This document shows positions 41,563-53,838 of a stretch of 64,000 nt of DNA, one piece after another. The stretch lies in NCBI GenBank assembly GCA_963726265.1, contig CAVSBQ010000002.1, positions 448,001 to 512,000 of the forward strand, written 5' to 3'. The notes beneath the pieces were generated by a model. It saw nothing but the letters and a program-made list of their open reading frames with translations, was not told the DNA's origin and did not search any database. Position numbers and translations under genes: made by a program. This DNA is from Candidatus Aenigmatarchaeota archaeon. GTDB taxonomy: Archaea > Aenigmatarchaeota > Aenigmatarchaeia > QMZP01 > QMZT01. Within the stretch, counting starts at the first letter, position 1. Every line of letters starts with the position of its first letter.

Positions 41563-42885
41563 CTACTCGTATTTTGCCTTTATGCCTTTTCTCTCGAGGA
41601 CCTCGGCTATCGCGAAGCCGACGATGATTGTGAGCGCGGAATACGCCATTACCTCGAAATTAACGTAGGCCATCAGCATCAGGCAGGATACAATCCCGAA
41701 CACGGGGATCAGCGGGAAGCGTCCGAGATTCAGCGGCATCCTGAAATGGTGCTCCTCTTTCGTCACGGAAAAGCGCAGCTTTATCGCCGCGGCGTTTATG
41801 ACTATGAACACGAAGAATATCAGGAAGTCTGTCATGTTCGCTACAGTCTCGATTTTGCCGAAGCCCAGCGCCATGACCGAGAAGACCATGGTTATTATGG
41901 TCGCGACCCATGGCGTGCGCGTCTTCGAATGCACGCGCGCAAATACGCTGGTGTGCGAGAACGATTTGCCAATGCCGTAAATCATGCGCGCGGTCGCCAC
42001 CATCATGAAAAGGACCGTGTTCGCGGTCGCGAACAGCGCTATTATCGACAGGATTACGAAGCCGTTCGGCCCCAGGAGCGTCGAGGCGATTTCCGCCAGC
42101 GGCGCGTTCGACGCGCCGAGAATTCTCCAGTCGACGATCGATACCGCTGACAGCGCGACCAGAATGTAAAGAACAGTCGTAATCGCGATGGACAGCAGCG
42201 TCGCCCTGTGGATGTTGACTTTGGGGTTCTTCGTCTCCTCGGAAAGCCTGGATATCTGCTCGAACCCCACGTACGCGAAGAACACCAGGGCGGCCGCGGT
42301 GAAGACGCCGGCAAGGCTGGGAAATTCGAAATAATCCACCCTGCCGAGGTAAGGGACTCCGAGTATGATTACTACGATGAGGCCCGCCGTCTCGATGAGC
42401 GTCGCCACAACGCCGAACCAGACCGACTCCTTTATGCCGTAGAAGACCAGGAAGGAAAGCAGCACGATGAGTACCGCAGCCGTCAATAGGTAAGGCGCTC
42501 CAAACAGCTTTTCGAAATAGCCGGCGAAGCCGAACGCAACGGTCGCGGAGAAGACGAATCCCGAGATTATTATCAGCCAGCCGATTATGAAGGCGAACTT
42601 CCTGCCGAACGCGTGCTTGGTATAAACATACTCGGCCCCGGCCTTCGGAAATACGGAACTCAGTTCGGCGTAGCTCAGCCCCGTAAAGATCGCCACCAGC
42701 GCGGACAACGCAAAGGAAAGCCATACGCCGTTGCCAGCGATTGCCGATGCCTTTCCGATGAGCGCGTATATGCCCGCTCCGAGTATGAGGCCTATGCCAG
42801 TGAGAGTCGCCTGCCAAAGGCTTATCTCGCGCCTGAGTTTCGGCTCAGGCGCATGCGTATGCGCATGTTCGGATGGATTGGCCAT
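41563..42885 (-). CDS. APC family amino acid permease
   Basis: GLILGAGIY, YAELSS.FP.AG.EY.Y, FFAYVGFE. Confidence 0.92.
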   Translation of the reverse strand: MANPSEHAHTHAPEPKLRREISLWQATLTGIGLILGAGIYALIGKASAIAGNGVWLSFALSALVAIFTGLSYAELSSVFPKAGAEYVYTKHAFGRKFAFIIGWLIIISGFVFSATVAFGFAGYFEKLFGAPYLLTAAVLIVLLSFLVFYGIKESVWFGVVATLIETAGLIVVIILGVPYLGRVDYFEFPSLAGVFTAAALVFFAYVGFEQISRLSEETKNPKVNIHRATLLSIAITTVLYILVALSAVSIVDWRILGASNAPLAEIASTLLGPNGFVILSIIALFATANTVLFMMVATARMIYGIGKSFSHTSVFARVHSKTRTPWVATIITMVFSVMALGFGKIETVANMTDFLIFFVFIVINAAAIKLRFSVTKEEHHFRMPLNLGRFPLIPVFGIVSCLMLMAYVNFEVMAYSALTIIVGFAIAEVLERKGIKAKYE

Positions 42886-42944
42886 TATAATATTTTGTCA
42901 AGCCTGCTAAAATATTTTTATTGTTCTGGCGCGAAATAAGTCGT

Positions 42945-43706
42945 ATGAGCCTGGAAATATGGTTATACGCACTTGCGAGCGTTCTGGTCGTGAGCGCGAT
43001 TTCGCTTATAGGCATAGTTACGATATCGGTCAAGGAAGAAAGGCTCGCGAAAATCCTGCTCTATTTGGTCGGCTTCTCTGCAGGCGGCCTGCTCGGCGGA
43101 GCTTTCATACACCTGCTGCCGGAAGCGGTCGCAGAATCCGGCTTTGGCCTGACGGTTTCCGTTTCCGTTTTGTCAGGCATGATAGTGTTTTTCATCATGG
43201 AGAAGGCCGTCCACTGGCGCCACTGCCACGTGCCGACCAGCGAAAAGCATCCGCACCCGTTCGCCTACATGAACCTTGTCGGCGACAGCGTGCACAACTT
43301 CATAGACGGCCTGATAATAGGCGCGGGCTACATGGCATCCCTGCCGATCGGGATAGTGACGACCTTCGCCGTCATACTCCACGAAATACCGCAGGAAATC
43401 GGCGACTTCGGCGTACTGCTCCATGGCGGCTTCACGCGAAGGAAAGCTCTTTATTTGAATTTCATGACTGCCCTGACCGCCGTCGCGGGAACGATAGTCG
43501 CCATAGCCGCAAGCTATTTCGTGGGGAACCTGACTGCCTTCCTGGTGCCTTTCGCGGCGGGCGGTTTCATATACATCGCCTCGTCCGACCTCATACCCGA
43601 GCTGCACAAAGATGCATACGAAACTAAGAAGTCGTTTGTCCAGCTTCTGACTATCATTCTTGGCATAGCGGTTATATTCGCGCTCAAGTTTCTTGTCGCC
43701 GAATAA
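42945..43706 (+). CDS. ZIP family zinc transporter
   Basis: HLLPEA, HWRHCH, HNFIDG, HEIPQEIGDF. Confidence 0.92.
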   Translation: MSLEIWLYALASVLVVSAISLIGIVTISVKEERLAKILLYLVGFSAGGLLGGAFIHLLPEAVAESGFGLTVSVSVLSGMIVFFIMEKAVHWRHCHVPTSEKHPHPFAYMNLVGDSVHNFIDGLIIGAGYMASLPIGIVTTFAVILHEIPQEIGDFGVLLHGGFTRRKALYLNFMTALTAVAGTIVAIAASYFVGNLTAFLVPFAAGGFIYIASSDLIPELHKDAYETKKSFVQLLTIILGIAVIFALKFLVAE

Positions 43707-43715
43707 ACCTAAAAA

Positions 43716-44822
43716 TTACTCGTACCTCAGCGCCTCTATCGGGTCGAGCCTCGCGGCCTGCCTCGCAGGCAGGACGCCTGAAACTATGCCTATGGAAGTA
43801 GCGAAAAGCAGGGCTTCGGCAATAAGATTCGGCGTTATCAGGGCAATTGGGGTGAACAGCACGCTGTTTATGAAAGCCACGCCTCCGTAACTGAGAATGA
43901 TGCCGATGACCGCGCCCGTGACGCTTATCAGTATGGATTCCAACATGACGGAAACGAGGACCTGCCTGTTCGTCGCGCCAATCGCCTTCATCGTGCCTAT
44001 GTCCCTCCTTCTTTCGCGGACGGAGATTATCATCACGTTCATTATGACTATGCCTGAAATCAGGGCGGCTATGCTGCCGAGCGCGAAGGTCATGGCATTC
44101 AGCTGGCCCAGCATTTCGTTGGCGGAATTCATCATGCTCTTGTCCGTGGAAGCGGTTATCTCGTCGAAGTTGTCGTTGACCGCCTGTTCTATGTAATCGG
44201 CGTCTTCGGGCGTGGAAGGCTGCACCATCATCAGCGTTATAATGTCCTTTTTGCCGGCCAGGTCCTGGAGATCCGGGAGGGCCATCATGACGGCATTGTC
44301 TATCTGGTCCCTACCCGTTTCCTCGAGGATGCCGACTATTTCGTAGTTCTTTTCGTCCATCGTTATGTAGTCGCCAAGAGTGTAGTCATAGCTGTCGGCA
44401 GTTTTGCTTCCGATGACGACTTCCTTCTGTCCCTCCTCGTAGTCCCTGCCGTCCTTTATCTCTATGTTGACTCCCCTGATGATGCTCTCCCCGTCGCTTG
44501 TAATGCCCATCACGCTTCCGACATTGTCAATGCTGGCGTAAAGTATGGGCGCGACCCTTTCTACGCCGGACAGGCTCTCCACCTCGGCGACCAGCGCCTG
44601 GTCTATCTCGCTCGTTTGTATGCTGAAACCGGGAATGTCGCTTTGGTGCACGGTAACCAGGCCGGACGTGATTTTTATCTGGTCGTTGACGTAGTAGATT
44701 ATTCCCTCGGAGAACGACGACACGCTGACCACCAGGAATATGCCAATCGTCACGCCGAGGACTGTAAGGACTGTCCTGAGCCTGTGCCTGTTGAATTCCC
44801 TTATGATGTTTTCCCAGAGCAT
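43716..44822 (-). CDS. ABC transporter permease (MacB/FtsX family)
   Basis: RT.LT.LG..IG, V.ERRRDIG.MKAIGA, PA.QAA.LDPIEALRYE. Confidence 0.92.
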   Translation of the reverse strand: MLWENIIREFNRHRLRTVLTVLGVTIGIFLVVSVSSFSEGIIYYVNDQIKITSGLVTVHQSDIPGFSIQTSEIDQALVAEVESLSGVERVAPILYASIDNVGSVMGITSDGESIIRGVNIEIKDGRDYEEGQKEVVIGSKTADSYDYTLGDYITMDEKNYEIVGILEETGRDQIDNAVMMALPDLQDLAGKKDIITLMMVQPSTPEDADYIEQAVNDNFDEITASTDKSMMNSANEMLGQLNAMTFALGSIAALISGIVIMNVMIISVRERRRDIGTMKAIGATNRQVLVSVMLESILISVTGAVIGIILSYGGVAFINSVLFTPIALITPNLIAEALLFATSIGIVSGVLPARQAARLDPIEALRYE

Positions 44823-44874
44823 ATTTTCACATCCGACCAGTACGCTTCGTCGCGGTATGGCCGTCATTCGCTGG

Positions 44875-46002
44875 CTACCCTTTTCTTATCGCCTCTATCG
44901 GGTCTATCTTGACTGCGACCCATGCCGGGTAAAGGCTTGATATTATCGTAAGCATGATGCCGTATGAAACCGCTCCCGCTGCAAGGACCGGCGTTATCAC
45001 GGCGATTTTTGTGCCACCAAGTAGCACGTTGTTTATCAGGTCGACGAAAATGAACGAAATGCCGAGCGCCAGCAGGCTGCTGATCACGGATACTATGAGG
45101 GCCTCCTCGAGGATCTGCTTCATTATCGTTCTCTTCAGGGCGCCGACCGCCTTCATTATGCCGAGCTGCTTCTTGCGCTCGAGCACGGAGGTGTACATGG
45201 TTATTATTATGCCTATGGCCGCGACGAGCGAGGCGACGAAGCCTATGCCGAGCGTTATTATGTCGAGCGTCTGGGTCATCTGCTTCATCATGGAAAGGGC
45301 GTCTTCCATCGTCATGGCGCTGAGGTCGTCGAATTCGTCGCTGACGGCGTTCTTTATCTCCTCGACATACGAAACGTCCTGCGGCTCTATCATCACCTGC
45401 GTCGCCCTTCCAGAAGCATCGTAAACGTCCTCGCCGTATTTGTAGGGCATGATGACGACGAGATCGTATGACCCATAGCCTTCTTCCACGATGCCGAGAA
45501 CTTCGACTTCCTTTTTGTTGAGCGTTATGTAGTCGCCGACGCCTGCGCCGAGCATGCCGGCGGCCGCGTAGCCCAGGGCGACGCCCTGGTCGTCGTTGCC
45601 CGGCATCGAGCCTTCCTTGAACGCAAGGTCATCCGCCCCGAAAAGGTCAAGGTCATCCATGTCGATGGCGTCTACTTCCATAAAGCCCCCGAAAGTCCTG
45701 GATATTACCGGAACCACCCGCTTGGCGCCGGACAAGGAACGGAGCGCATCGACATCATCTTCGGTCAGGTCCTGAATCTGCCACGCTGTCGGAGGGCCGG
45801 ACATCTGCGAGAAGTCCATATTCTTCATCACGAAGATGGTGTCGGAACCTATGCTGCTGGTGCTGGATGTTACCATCTCGCCTATGCCGGCCGATATCGA
45901 GCCGAGAGAAACAATCGCCGTTATGGCTATGACTATTCCGAGTCCGGTGAGAATTGTTCTAACCCTGTGTCCCTTCAGGTCCTTTAACGCGAAGTCGAGC
46001 AT
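44875..46002 (-). CDS. ABC transporter permease (MacB/FtsX family)
   Basis: same motifs as neighbour. Confidence 0.92.
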   Translation of the reverse strand: MLDFALKDLKGHRVRTILTGLGIVIAITAIVSLGSISAGIGEMVTSSTSSIGSDTIFVMKNMDFSQMSGPPTAWQIQDLTEDDVDALRSLSGAKRVVPVISRTFGGFMEVDAIDMDDLDLFGADDLAFKEGSMPGNDDQGVALGYAAAGMLGAGVGDYITLNKKEVEVLGIVEEGYGSYDLVVIMPYKYGEDVYDASGRATQVMIEPQDVSYVEEIKNAVSDEFDDLSAMTMEDALSMMKQMTQTLDIITLGIGFVASLVAAIGIIITMYTSVLERKKQLGIMKAVGALKRTIMKQILEEALIVSVISSLLALGISFIFVDLINNVLLGGTKIAVITPVLAAGAVSYGIMLTIISSLYPAWVAVKIDPIEAIRKG

Positions 46003-46004
46003 AA

Positions 46005-46685
46005 TTATTCATTCAGAATCTGTCCGTCCTTTAATCTTATCTGCCTCTTGGCGCGCTTTGCAAGGCTGGCGTCGTGCGTGACGACGATGATGGTCTTGCC
46101 CATCTTGCCGTGAAGCTCTTCAAGCAAGGCTATTATTTCGCTGCCTGACCTGGAGTCGAGGTTTCCTGTCGGCTCGTCCGCAAGGATGACCTCGGGATCA
46201 TTCGCCAGCGCGCGGCAGATGGCGACCCTCTGCTGCTCACCGCCTGAAAGCTCGTTGGGCTTGTGGTCGGTCCTTTTCTCGAGCCCGACCCTTTTCAGCA
46301 GTTCTTTTGCCTTTTTTATGGATTCCGCCTTGCCGTAGCCCTTGAACCTCATGGGCATGGCGACGTTTTCAGCGGCTGTCAGGCTGCCTATGAGGTTGAA
46401 CGCCTGGAAAACGAAGCCGATTTTTTCCCTTCTTATTTTCGCAAGCTCGTCGTCGTTGAGCTCGGAAATCTCCTTACCATCGACGATCACGCTGCCTTTC
46501 GTCGGCGTGTCGAGGCAGCCTATAACGTGCATGAGCGTCGACTTGCCGCAACCAGAAGGGCCGAGAATCGCCACGTATTCGCCATTCTCTATCTTGAGGC
46601 TCACGCCTCTCAGGGCGTGGGTCTCAACCTCCTTCAGGCAGTATGTTTTCCAAACGTCCTTGATTTCAAACAATACCCTTTTCAT
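46005..46685 (-). CDS. ABC transporter ATP-binding protein (LolD/MacB-like)
   Basis: [26 protein letters not shown]. Confidence 0.96.
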   Translation of the reverse strand: MKRVLFEIKDVWKTYCLKEVETHALRGVSLKIENGEYVAILGPSGCGKSTLMHVIGCLDTPTKGSVIVDGKEISELNDDELAKIRREKIGFVFQAFNLIGSLTAAENVAMPMRFKGYGKAESIKKAKELLKRVGLEKRTDHKPNELSGGEQQRVAICRALANDPEVILADEPTGNLDSRSGSEIIALLEELHGKMGKTIIVVTHDASLAKRAKRQIRLKDGQILNE

Positions 46686-46717
46686 GCCAGTCGCCCAAAA
46701 TCAGACTGCGCTCCCGC

Positions 46718-47908
46718 TTATTTCTTGGCCTTTTTGCGCAGTCTCCACACGTAGTAACTCTCCAGCACCACCACGACTATCAGAACCGGGACAAGCGGCG
46801 AGAGGCCGTTGTCCTTGTTCTCCTGCGCAGCAGAAGACTGCGTTATTGAAACAGGGATTTCCTCGCTGAAAAACATGTTGCTCTCGTCCAGGTATGAGAT
46901 GTTTATCACGGCCTGGCCGTATTCGAAGCCCTTGAAGCGCAGGGTCTTGTATTTGGATGGCCTCAATTCATTCGCGATTGCCGAATCCTTTGTCTTGCCT
47001 CCCTGGACAAGCGATATCTGGAGCGCCTTGGCATTCGCCGTCCCTATGTTCTCGATGTCGACCTTGAAGTCCGAGTTCTCGACCTTGGCGCTGAGAATCT
47101 CTATCACCGGCTTGCCTCTCACGGGCATGCCGACGTAAAAGGATGCGGTCTGTGCTGTGCCGCTCTCATCCTTGTATGACAGAATCATGACGTTGGGATA
47201 GGTCTTGTATTCGGCCGAATTGTCTATGCTCATGGTGAATGTCGCCTCGCCGGTCTGGCCCGGCTTTATCTCGCCTGCATAATAAAGGCCGCCTGAAAGG
47301 ACCGGCAGTATATATGTGGTGTTCGAGGCGAAATTTGCCTCCATTGATGAAGCCGATCCGGTCCCGACGTTTTTTATGAACGCCTTTATGATGACCGCAT
47401 CGCCCGGCTCTATGTCGAGCGGGTCCGTCTCTATTTTCTCGAGCACCAGCTTCGGCTTGCCCTGCACCTGCACCGTAATCTTCCCCGTGCTCTGCACTTC
47501 CGAGCCGATCTGGTAATACTTGAACTCGAGCTCGTAGTCATCTGATATGGCATCCGTGTCGATGTAGAGCCTGAACGTCGCGGTTACGTGGTCGCGCGCA
47601 GGCACCCTGGCGAAATTCTTCGTCTTCTCCTGCCCCGGGACCAGCGTGAACGGGCTCTTGGGGTTTATTTCAAGCACGATGTTCTCCGCCGCGCCATAGC
47701 CCGTGTTCTGCAGCGAAACCTCTATGTCAACTACCTGCCCGGGCTCGACTGGATACGGCGTCTGCTGCGTAAGAACTATCTGCAGGTTCTCGGTTATCGC
47801 GCTCGCGGCGTAACCTGCCTGCGAAAACGTTAGCAACACAAATCCCATTACCAAAACTGCTACCATTGTTTTATGCATGCCATGCATGTGAAGCACCTCC
47901 ATAAACAT
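46718..47908 (-). CDS. COG1361 S-layer-domain / Ig-like membrane-anchored protein
   Basis: signal peptide, PYPVEPG and N.G...A repeats, C-terminal TM; usual partner of archaeal MacB-like ABC genes. Confidence 0.8.
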   Translation of the reverse strand: MFMEVLHMHGMHKTMVAVLVMGFVLLTFSQAGYAASAITENLQIVLTQQTPYPVEPGQVVDIEVSLQNTGYGAAENIVLEINPKSPFTLVPGQEKTKNFARVPARDHVTATFRLYIDTDAISDDYELEFKYYQIGSEVQSTGKITVQVQGKPKLVLEKIETDPLDIEPGDAVIIKAFIKNVGTGSASSMEANFASNTTYILPVLSGGLYYAGEIKPGQTGEATFTMSIDNSAEYKTYPNVMILSYKDESGTAQTASFYVGMPVRGKPVIEILSAKVENSDFKVDIENIGTANAKALQISLVQGGKTKDSAIANELRPSKYKTLRFKGFEYGQAVINISYLDESNMFFSEEIPVSITQSSAAQENKDNGLSPLVPVLIVVVVLESYYVWRLRKKAKK

Positions 47909-47988
47909 CAGCCAGCTTTGCAGAGCGAATTAACAGTAGAATAATACTACAAACATACTTAAAAGGTTTTAAATTGGCCACGTCTTGA

Positions 47989-49454
<1,466 letters not shown>

Positions 49455-49464
49455 GAAGAGAGGT

Positions 49465-50376
49465 ATGAACCTTGCAACAGACCTCTGCGGCATAAAGCTG
49501 AAAAACCCCACCGTTCTCGCTTCAGGCATCCTTGGCGTTTCGCGCCAGCTGCTTTCCGAAATCATAAAGAACGGCGCCGGCGCTGTCACGATAAAATCGG
49601 TTTCTTTCGAAGCGAGGGAAGGCCACAAGAACCCGACCGTCATCGCCTTCGAAGCGGGCATGATGAACGCGGTCGGCTATTCGAATCCCGGCGCCGGCGA
49701 AGCGAGAAAGGAATTCGCCGGCCTGAAGGCACTGGGCGCGCCCGTCTTCGCCAGCATAATCGGCCAGGAGCCGGAGGATTTCGCAAAGGTCGCTGATGAA
49801 CTAAAGGGCCTGGAATTCTCCGCGCTCGAAGTCCCGCTTTCCTGCCCGCATACGCCAGGCTTCGGCACGCTCGCCGGCCAGGACGCACCCGAGAAGACGT
49901 ACGAGATAACGAAGGCCGTCGTGAAGCATACCAGACTTCCGGTGTTCGTCAAGCTCTCGCCCATCACGAAGAACATAGGCGAGGTCGCGAAAGCCGCGGA
50001 GAAAGCGGGAGCCTCGGCCATAACCGCGGTGAACACCATGGGACCGGGCATGATAATAAACATCGATGCAAAGAAACCGGTGCTGGGCTTCAAAATAGGC
50101 GGGATTTCAGGGCCTGCGCTAAAACCCGTCGCGGTCCGCTGCGTCTATGACATTTACGAAAGCGTCAAAATCCCGATAATCGGGACGGGTGGCATCCTCA
50201 CCGGCCGCGACGCCCTTGAGATGATGATGGCGGGCGCGGGCGCGATCGGAGTCGGCTCCGCAATCCATTACAGGGGCATGGACGTCTTCAAAAAAATCTG
50301 TTCTGAAATGAGCGAGTGGATGGACAAAAATAATTATCGGAGTTTTGACAAGATAATAGGTGCTGCGCATGGGTGA
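49465..50376 (+). CDS. pyrD: dihydroorotate dehydrogenase family 1B catalytic subunit
   Basis: KNP..LASG, SCPH, VKLSP, NT, GG.SG.A.KP. Confidence 0.95.
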   Translation: MNLATDLCGIKLKNPTVLASGILGVSRQLLSEIIKNGAGAVTIKSVSFEAREGHKNPTVIAFEAGMMNAVGYSNPGAGEARKEFAGLKALGAPVFASIIGQEPEDFAKVADELKGLEFSALEVPLSCPHTPGFGTLAGQDAPEKTYEITKAVVKHTRLPVFVKLSPITKNIGEVAKAAEKAGASAITAVNTMGPGMIINIDAKKPVLGFKIGGISGPALKPVAVRCVYDIYESVKIPIIGTGGILTGRDALEMMMAGAGAIGVGSAIHYRGMDVFKKICSEMSEWMDKNNYRSFDKIIGAAHG

Positions 50377-51160
50377 AAAGGCAGAGCTTCCGGAGATGGC
50401 AAAATTCACGAGGGTCGTGCATGAAAACCCTTATGTCAAAACTTTTTTCTTTGACAGGAAAATCGATGCCAAGCCCGGGCAGTTCGTGATGGTCTGGATA
50501 CCCGGCCTTGACGAAAAGCCGTTCTCCCTTTCCTACGCCGGAAAAGAAACCGCGATAACGGTCGAGGAGAAGGGCAGGTTTACGAAAGCGCTTTTCATGA
50601 TGAAGGCCGGCGACAGGATAGGCATCCGCGGCCCTTATGGGAACGGATTTTCGCTGCGTTCGAACGCGTGCGTAGTTGCCGGCGGCTGCGGGGTCGCTCC
50701 GCTTGCCATATTGATAGAGCGTCTGAAAAAGCCGTTCGTCATCCAGGGAGCACGCTCGAAGGACAGGCTGATTTTCAGCGGGCGCTTCAGAAAAGCGAGC
50801 ATTGCCACGGACGACGGCTCGGCCGGAGCGAAGGGCTTCGTCACCGACGTCCTGGAAAGCGAGCTGAAGAAAAGGAAATTCGCCGTAGTGCACACGTGCG
50901 GCCCTGAAATCATGATGAAGCGCGTCTTCGAGCTCTGCGAGCGTTACGGAATCGAGGTCGAAGCCAGCCTGGAACGCTACATGAAATGCGGCTTCGGGGT
51001 GTGCGGCCAGTGCGAAGCCGGTGGCCTGCGCGTATGCAAGGACGGGCCCGTTTTCTCATCGTCACAGCTCAGAAAGCTCAAGGACTTCGGCAATTTCGCG
51101 AGGCTGAAATCCGGCCAGAAAGTCGCCGTGAGCGAATACGCAAAATGGAGATGCGCATGA
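50369..51160 (+). CDS. pyrK: dihydroorotate dehydrogenase electron transfer subunit
   Basis: PGQFVM, RGPYGNGF, CGPE.MM, MKCGFGVCGQC. Confidence 0.95.
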   Translation: MGEKAELPEMAKFTRVVHENPYVKTFFFDRKIDAKPGQFVMVWIPGLDEKPFSLSYAGKETAITVEEKGRFTKALFMMKAGDRIGIRGPYGNGFSLRSNACVVAGGCGVAPLAILIERLKKPFVIQGARSKDRLIFSGRFRKASIATDDGSAGAKGFVTDVLESELKKRKFAVVHTCGPEIMMKRVFELCERYGIEVEASLERYMKCGFGVCGQCEAGGLRVCKDGPVFSSSQLRKLKDFGNFARLKSGQKVAVSEYAKWRCA

Positions 51161-52374
51161 ACCCCAACGCCGTGAGCCTGCTCGTGAAAAACGGCATGGT
51201 TTACGTGAACGGCAGGCTGCTGAGGAAAAATATTCTTGTTGAAAACGGGAAAATAGCCAAGCTATTGCCCGCATCGAGGACGATCGCGGCTGACAAAACC
51301 ATAAACGCAAAAGGCATGGTGGTGATTCCGGGAGTCATAGACCCGCACGTCCACTTCAGGGAGCCGGGCATGACGCACAAGGAGGATTTTGAAACGGGCA
51401 GCTTCGCCGCCGCTGCCGGCGGAGTGACCAGCTTCCTGGACATGCCGAACACCAAACCGCCCACGCTGACGCAGCAGCTGCTCAGCGAAAAAATCGCGGC
51501 TGCCGCGAAAAAATCCGTCGTGAACTTCGGCTTCCATTTCGGCTCTTCGCTGGAGAATCTCGAGGACATACGGAAGGCGTCAGGCTTCGCGGCCGTGGCG
51601 TCGGTAAAGATTTTCATGAACGCCTCGACGGGCAACATGCTCATAGAGGACGAAAACGCCATAAAAAACATAATGGAGTCCGCCCGCATAACCGCCATAC
51701 ACGCCGAAGGCGAAAGCGCGAAGAAGGCGATAGACATCGCCCATTCGCTAGGCAGGAAATTCTATATGTGCCACGTGAGCCTGCAGAGCGAGCTGGAATA
51801 CATAAAGCGCAACCGCAAGGAAAACGTCTTCGCCGAGGTCACGCCGCACCATCTGTTCCTGACCGAAAATGATGAAAACAAGTTCGTGAAAATGAAGCCG
51901 TCGCTCAAAAGCGATAAGGACAGGGCATCGCTCTGGGCCGCGCTGGCTGACGGGACCATCGACGCCGTCGGCAGTGACCACGCGCCGCACACGCTCGATG
52001 AGAAAGCAGCAGGCGACGTTTACGGAGTGCCCGGAATCGAGACTCGGCTGCCGCTCATGCTGGACGCCTTCAACCGGCGGCGTATCGAATTCAGGAGGCT
52101 GGTCGAGCTCATGTGCGAAAACCCGGCAAGGATTTTCAGGCTGAAAGGGAAGGGTTTCATAAAGGAAGGCAGCGATGCCGACCTGACCATAATAGACACG
52201 AAGATGGTGAGGCGGGTGAGGAACGACGAACTGTTCACGAAATGCGGCTGGTCTCCGTTCGATGGTTACGAGCTGCGCGGATGGCCCGTCCAGACTGTTG
52301 TGAATGGAAACGTCGTGTTTGAAAATGGCGAGGTTTGCGCTTCGGTTAAGGGGAAGGTGGTGGAACATGACTGA
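51157..52374 (+). CDS. pyrC: dihydroorotase
   Basis: DPHVHFREPG, DMPNT.P, EVTPHHL, SDHAPH. Confidence 0.95.
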   Translation: MNPNAVSLLVKNGMVYVNGRLLRKNILVENGKIAKLLPASRTIAADKTINAKGMVVIPGVIDPHVHFREPGMTHKEDFETGSFAAAAGGVTSFLDMPNTKPPTLTQQLLSEKIAAAAKKSVVNFGFHFGSSLENLEDIRKASGFAAVASVKIFMNASTGNMLIEDENAIKNIMESARITAIHAEGESAKKAIDIAHSLGRKFYMCHVSLQSELEYIKRNRKENVFAEVTPHHLFLTENDENKFVKMKPSLKSDKDRASLWAALADGTIDAVGSDHAPHTLDEKAAGDVYGVPGIETRLPLMLDAFNRRRIEFRRLVELMCENPARIFRLKGKGFIKEGSDADLTIIDTKMVRRVRNDELFTKCGWSPFDGYELRGWPVQTVVNGNVVFENGEVCASVKGKVVEHD

Positions 52375-53014
52375 AATTCCAAAGGATGTCGCAAAGATAT
52401 TGCTTGAGATAAAGGCGGTTACGCTGAGCCCGCAGAAGCCTTACAGATACGCATCAGGCATGCTGAGCCCGATATACTGCGACAACCGCCTGCTGATGTC
52501 ATATCCGGACAAGAGAGCGAAGATAACCGACTATTTCGTAAGAGTCGTGCAAGAGCGCAGGCTCGATTTCGACGTCGTGGCAGGCATCGCCTCTTCGGGC
52601 ATTCCCCATGCCGCATGGCTCGCCGAGAAGCTGGGCAAGCCGATGATATACATCCGCAAGGAAGCTAAGGAGCACGGCAAGGAAAACCTTATTGAAGGGA
52701 AGCTCGAGAAAGGCGCGAAGGTCGTCATAGTGGAGGACCTCGTATCAACGGGCGGCTCAAGCATCGCAGGAGTCGAAGCCGTCCGCAGGCAGGGCGGCGT
52801 GGTCGAACAGTGTCTTGCGATTTTCACATACGAGATGCAGAAGGCAAAAGACGCCTTCAACCAGGCGGACTGCGAGCTCATACCCCTGAGCGATTTCACC
52901 ACGCTGATAAAGCTCGCGGGCGCAATGGAATACATAGGCCAAGACGAAATTGAAAAGGCGCTTGAGTGGAACAAGGATCCCCCGAACTGGGGCAGGAAGA
53001 TGGGCTTCGAATGA
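52367..53014 (+). CDS. pyrE: orotate phosphoribosyltransferase
   Basis: ASG..SPIYCDNR, VEDLVSTGGS. Confidence 0.95.
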   Translation: MTEIPKDVAKILLEIKAVTLSPQKPYRYASGMLSPIYCDNRLLMSYPDKRAKITDYFVRVVQERRLDFDVVAGIASSGIPHAAWLAEKLGKPMIYIRKEAKEHGKENLIEGKLEKGAKVVIVEDLVSTGGSSIAGVEAVRRQGGVVEQCLAIFTYEMQKAKDAFNQADCELIPLSDFTTLIKLAGAMEYIGQDEIEKALEWNKDPPNWGRKMGFE

Positions 53015-53028
53015 AAACGAGAGGCGAT

Positions 53029-53730
53029 ATGATGAAAATCATAAAAATGAGCAGGAGTATAATACCCGCATGCGACCTTCCCACGCTGGAAGCGCTCGAC
53101 AGGCTGGTGAAGGAGACGTGCGATGTGAAGGGGGTGGGCGGTTACAAGATCGGCTTCGAACTGGTCATACCCTTCGGCATGAAAAAGGTCATCGAAACTA
53201 TCAGAAAACACACCCGTCTTCCCATAATCTATGACCACCAGAAGGCCGGGACGGACATTCCCGACACCGGCGTGAAGTTCATGAAGGCTTGCGGCGGAGT
53301 CGACGCTGTCATACTGTTCCCCCAAGCCGGGCCTGAAACTGAAAGGAAATGGATAGAGGCGGCGCGCAACGAGGGCCTGGGAGTCATAATCGGCGGCGAG
53401 ATGACGCACCCGCAATACCTGGAAAAGGACGGCGGCTTCATCCTGAACAGCGCGCCGAAGGCGATTTATGAAATAGCCGCTTCGCTGGGCGTGAGCGATT
53501 TTGTCGTCCCGGGAAACAAGCCGGAGCGCATCGCCGAATACAAAAAGATGCTAGAAGCGAAAGGCATAAAACCGGTTTTCTATTCGCCCGGCATGATAAC
53601 CCAGGGCGGCGACCTCAGCGAGGCTGCGGCTGCGGCCGGAAGCGAATGGCACGCCATAATAGGCCGCGCGCTGTACCAGGCCGGGAACATGAGACAGAAG
53701 GCCGAAGAACTCGCGCTCAAAATCATATAA
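53029..53730 (+). CDS. pyrF: orotidine 5'-phosphate decarboxylase
   Basis: ACD, YKIG, YDHQKAGTDIP.T, IIGRA.Y; last gene of pyr operon. Confidence 0.88.
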   Translation: MMKIIKMSRSIIPACDLPTLEALDRLVKETCDVKGVGGYKIGFELVIPFGMKKVIETIRKHTRLPIIYDHQKAGTDIPDTGVKFMKACGGVDAVILFPQAGPETERKWIEAARNEGLGVIIGGEMTHPQYLEKDGGFILNSAPKAIYEIAASLGVSDFVVPGNKPERIAEYKKMLEAKGIKPVFYSPGMITQGGDLSEAAAAAGSEWHAIIGRALYQAGNMRQKAEELALKII

Positions 53731-53838
53731 CTCCGCGGCCGCAAGCGTTCTTGGGAAAGCAGCGGCGTTCTTAATATTTAAATATTCATTTATATAATTG
53801 TCTTTACATATCATAGTGTTATTGTTGCACCGGTGTAA

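Noticed and set aside
38262..42817. Long alternative-frame ORFs over proS and the amino acid permease
   Set aside because: Shadow ORFs from GC-rich codon usage, with no recognisable motifs
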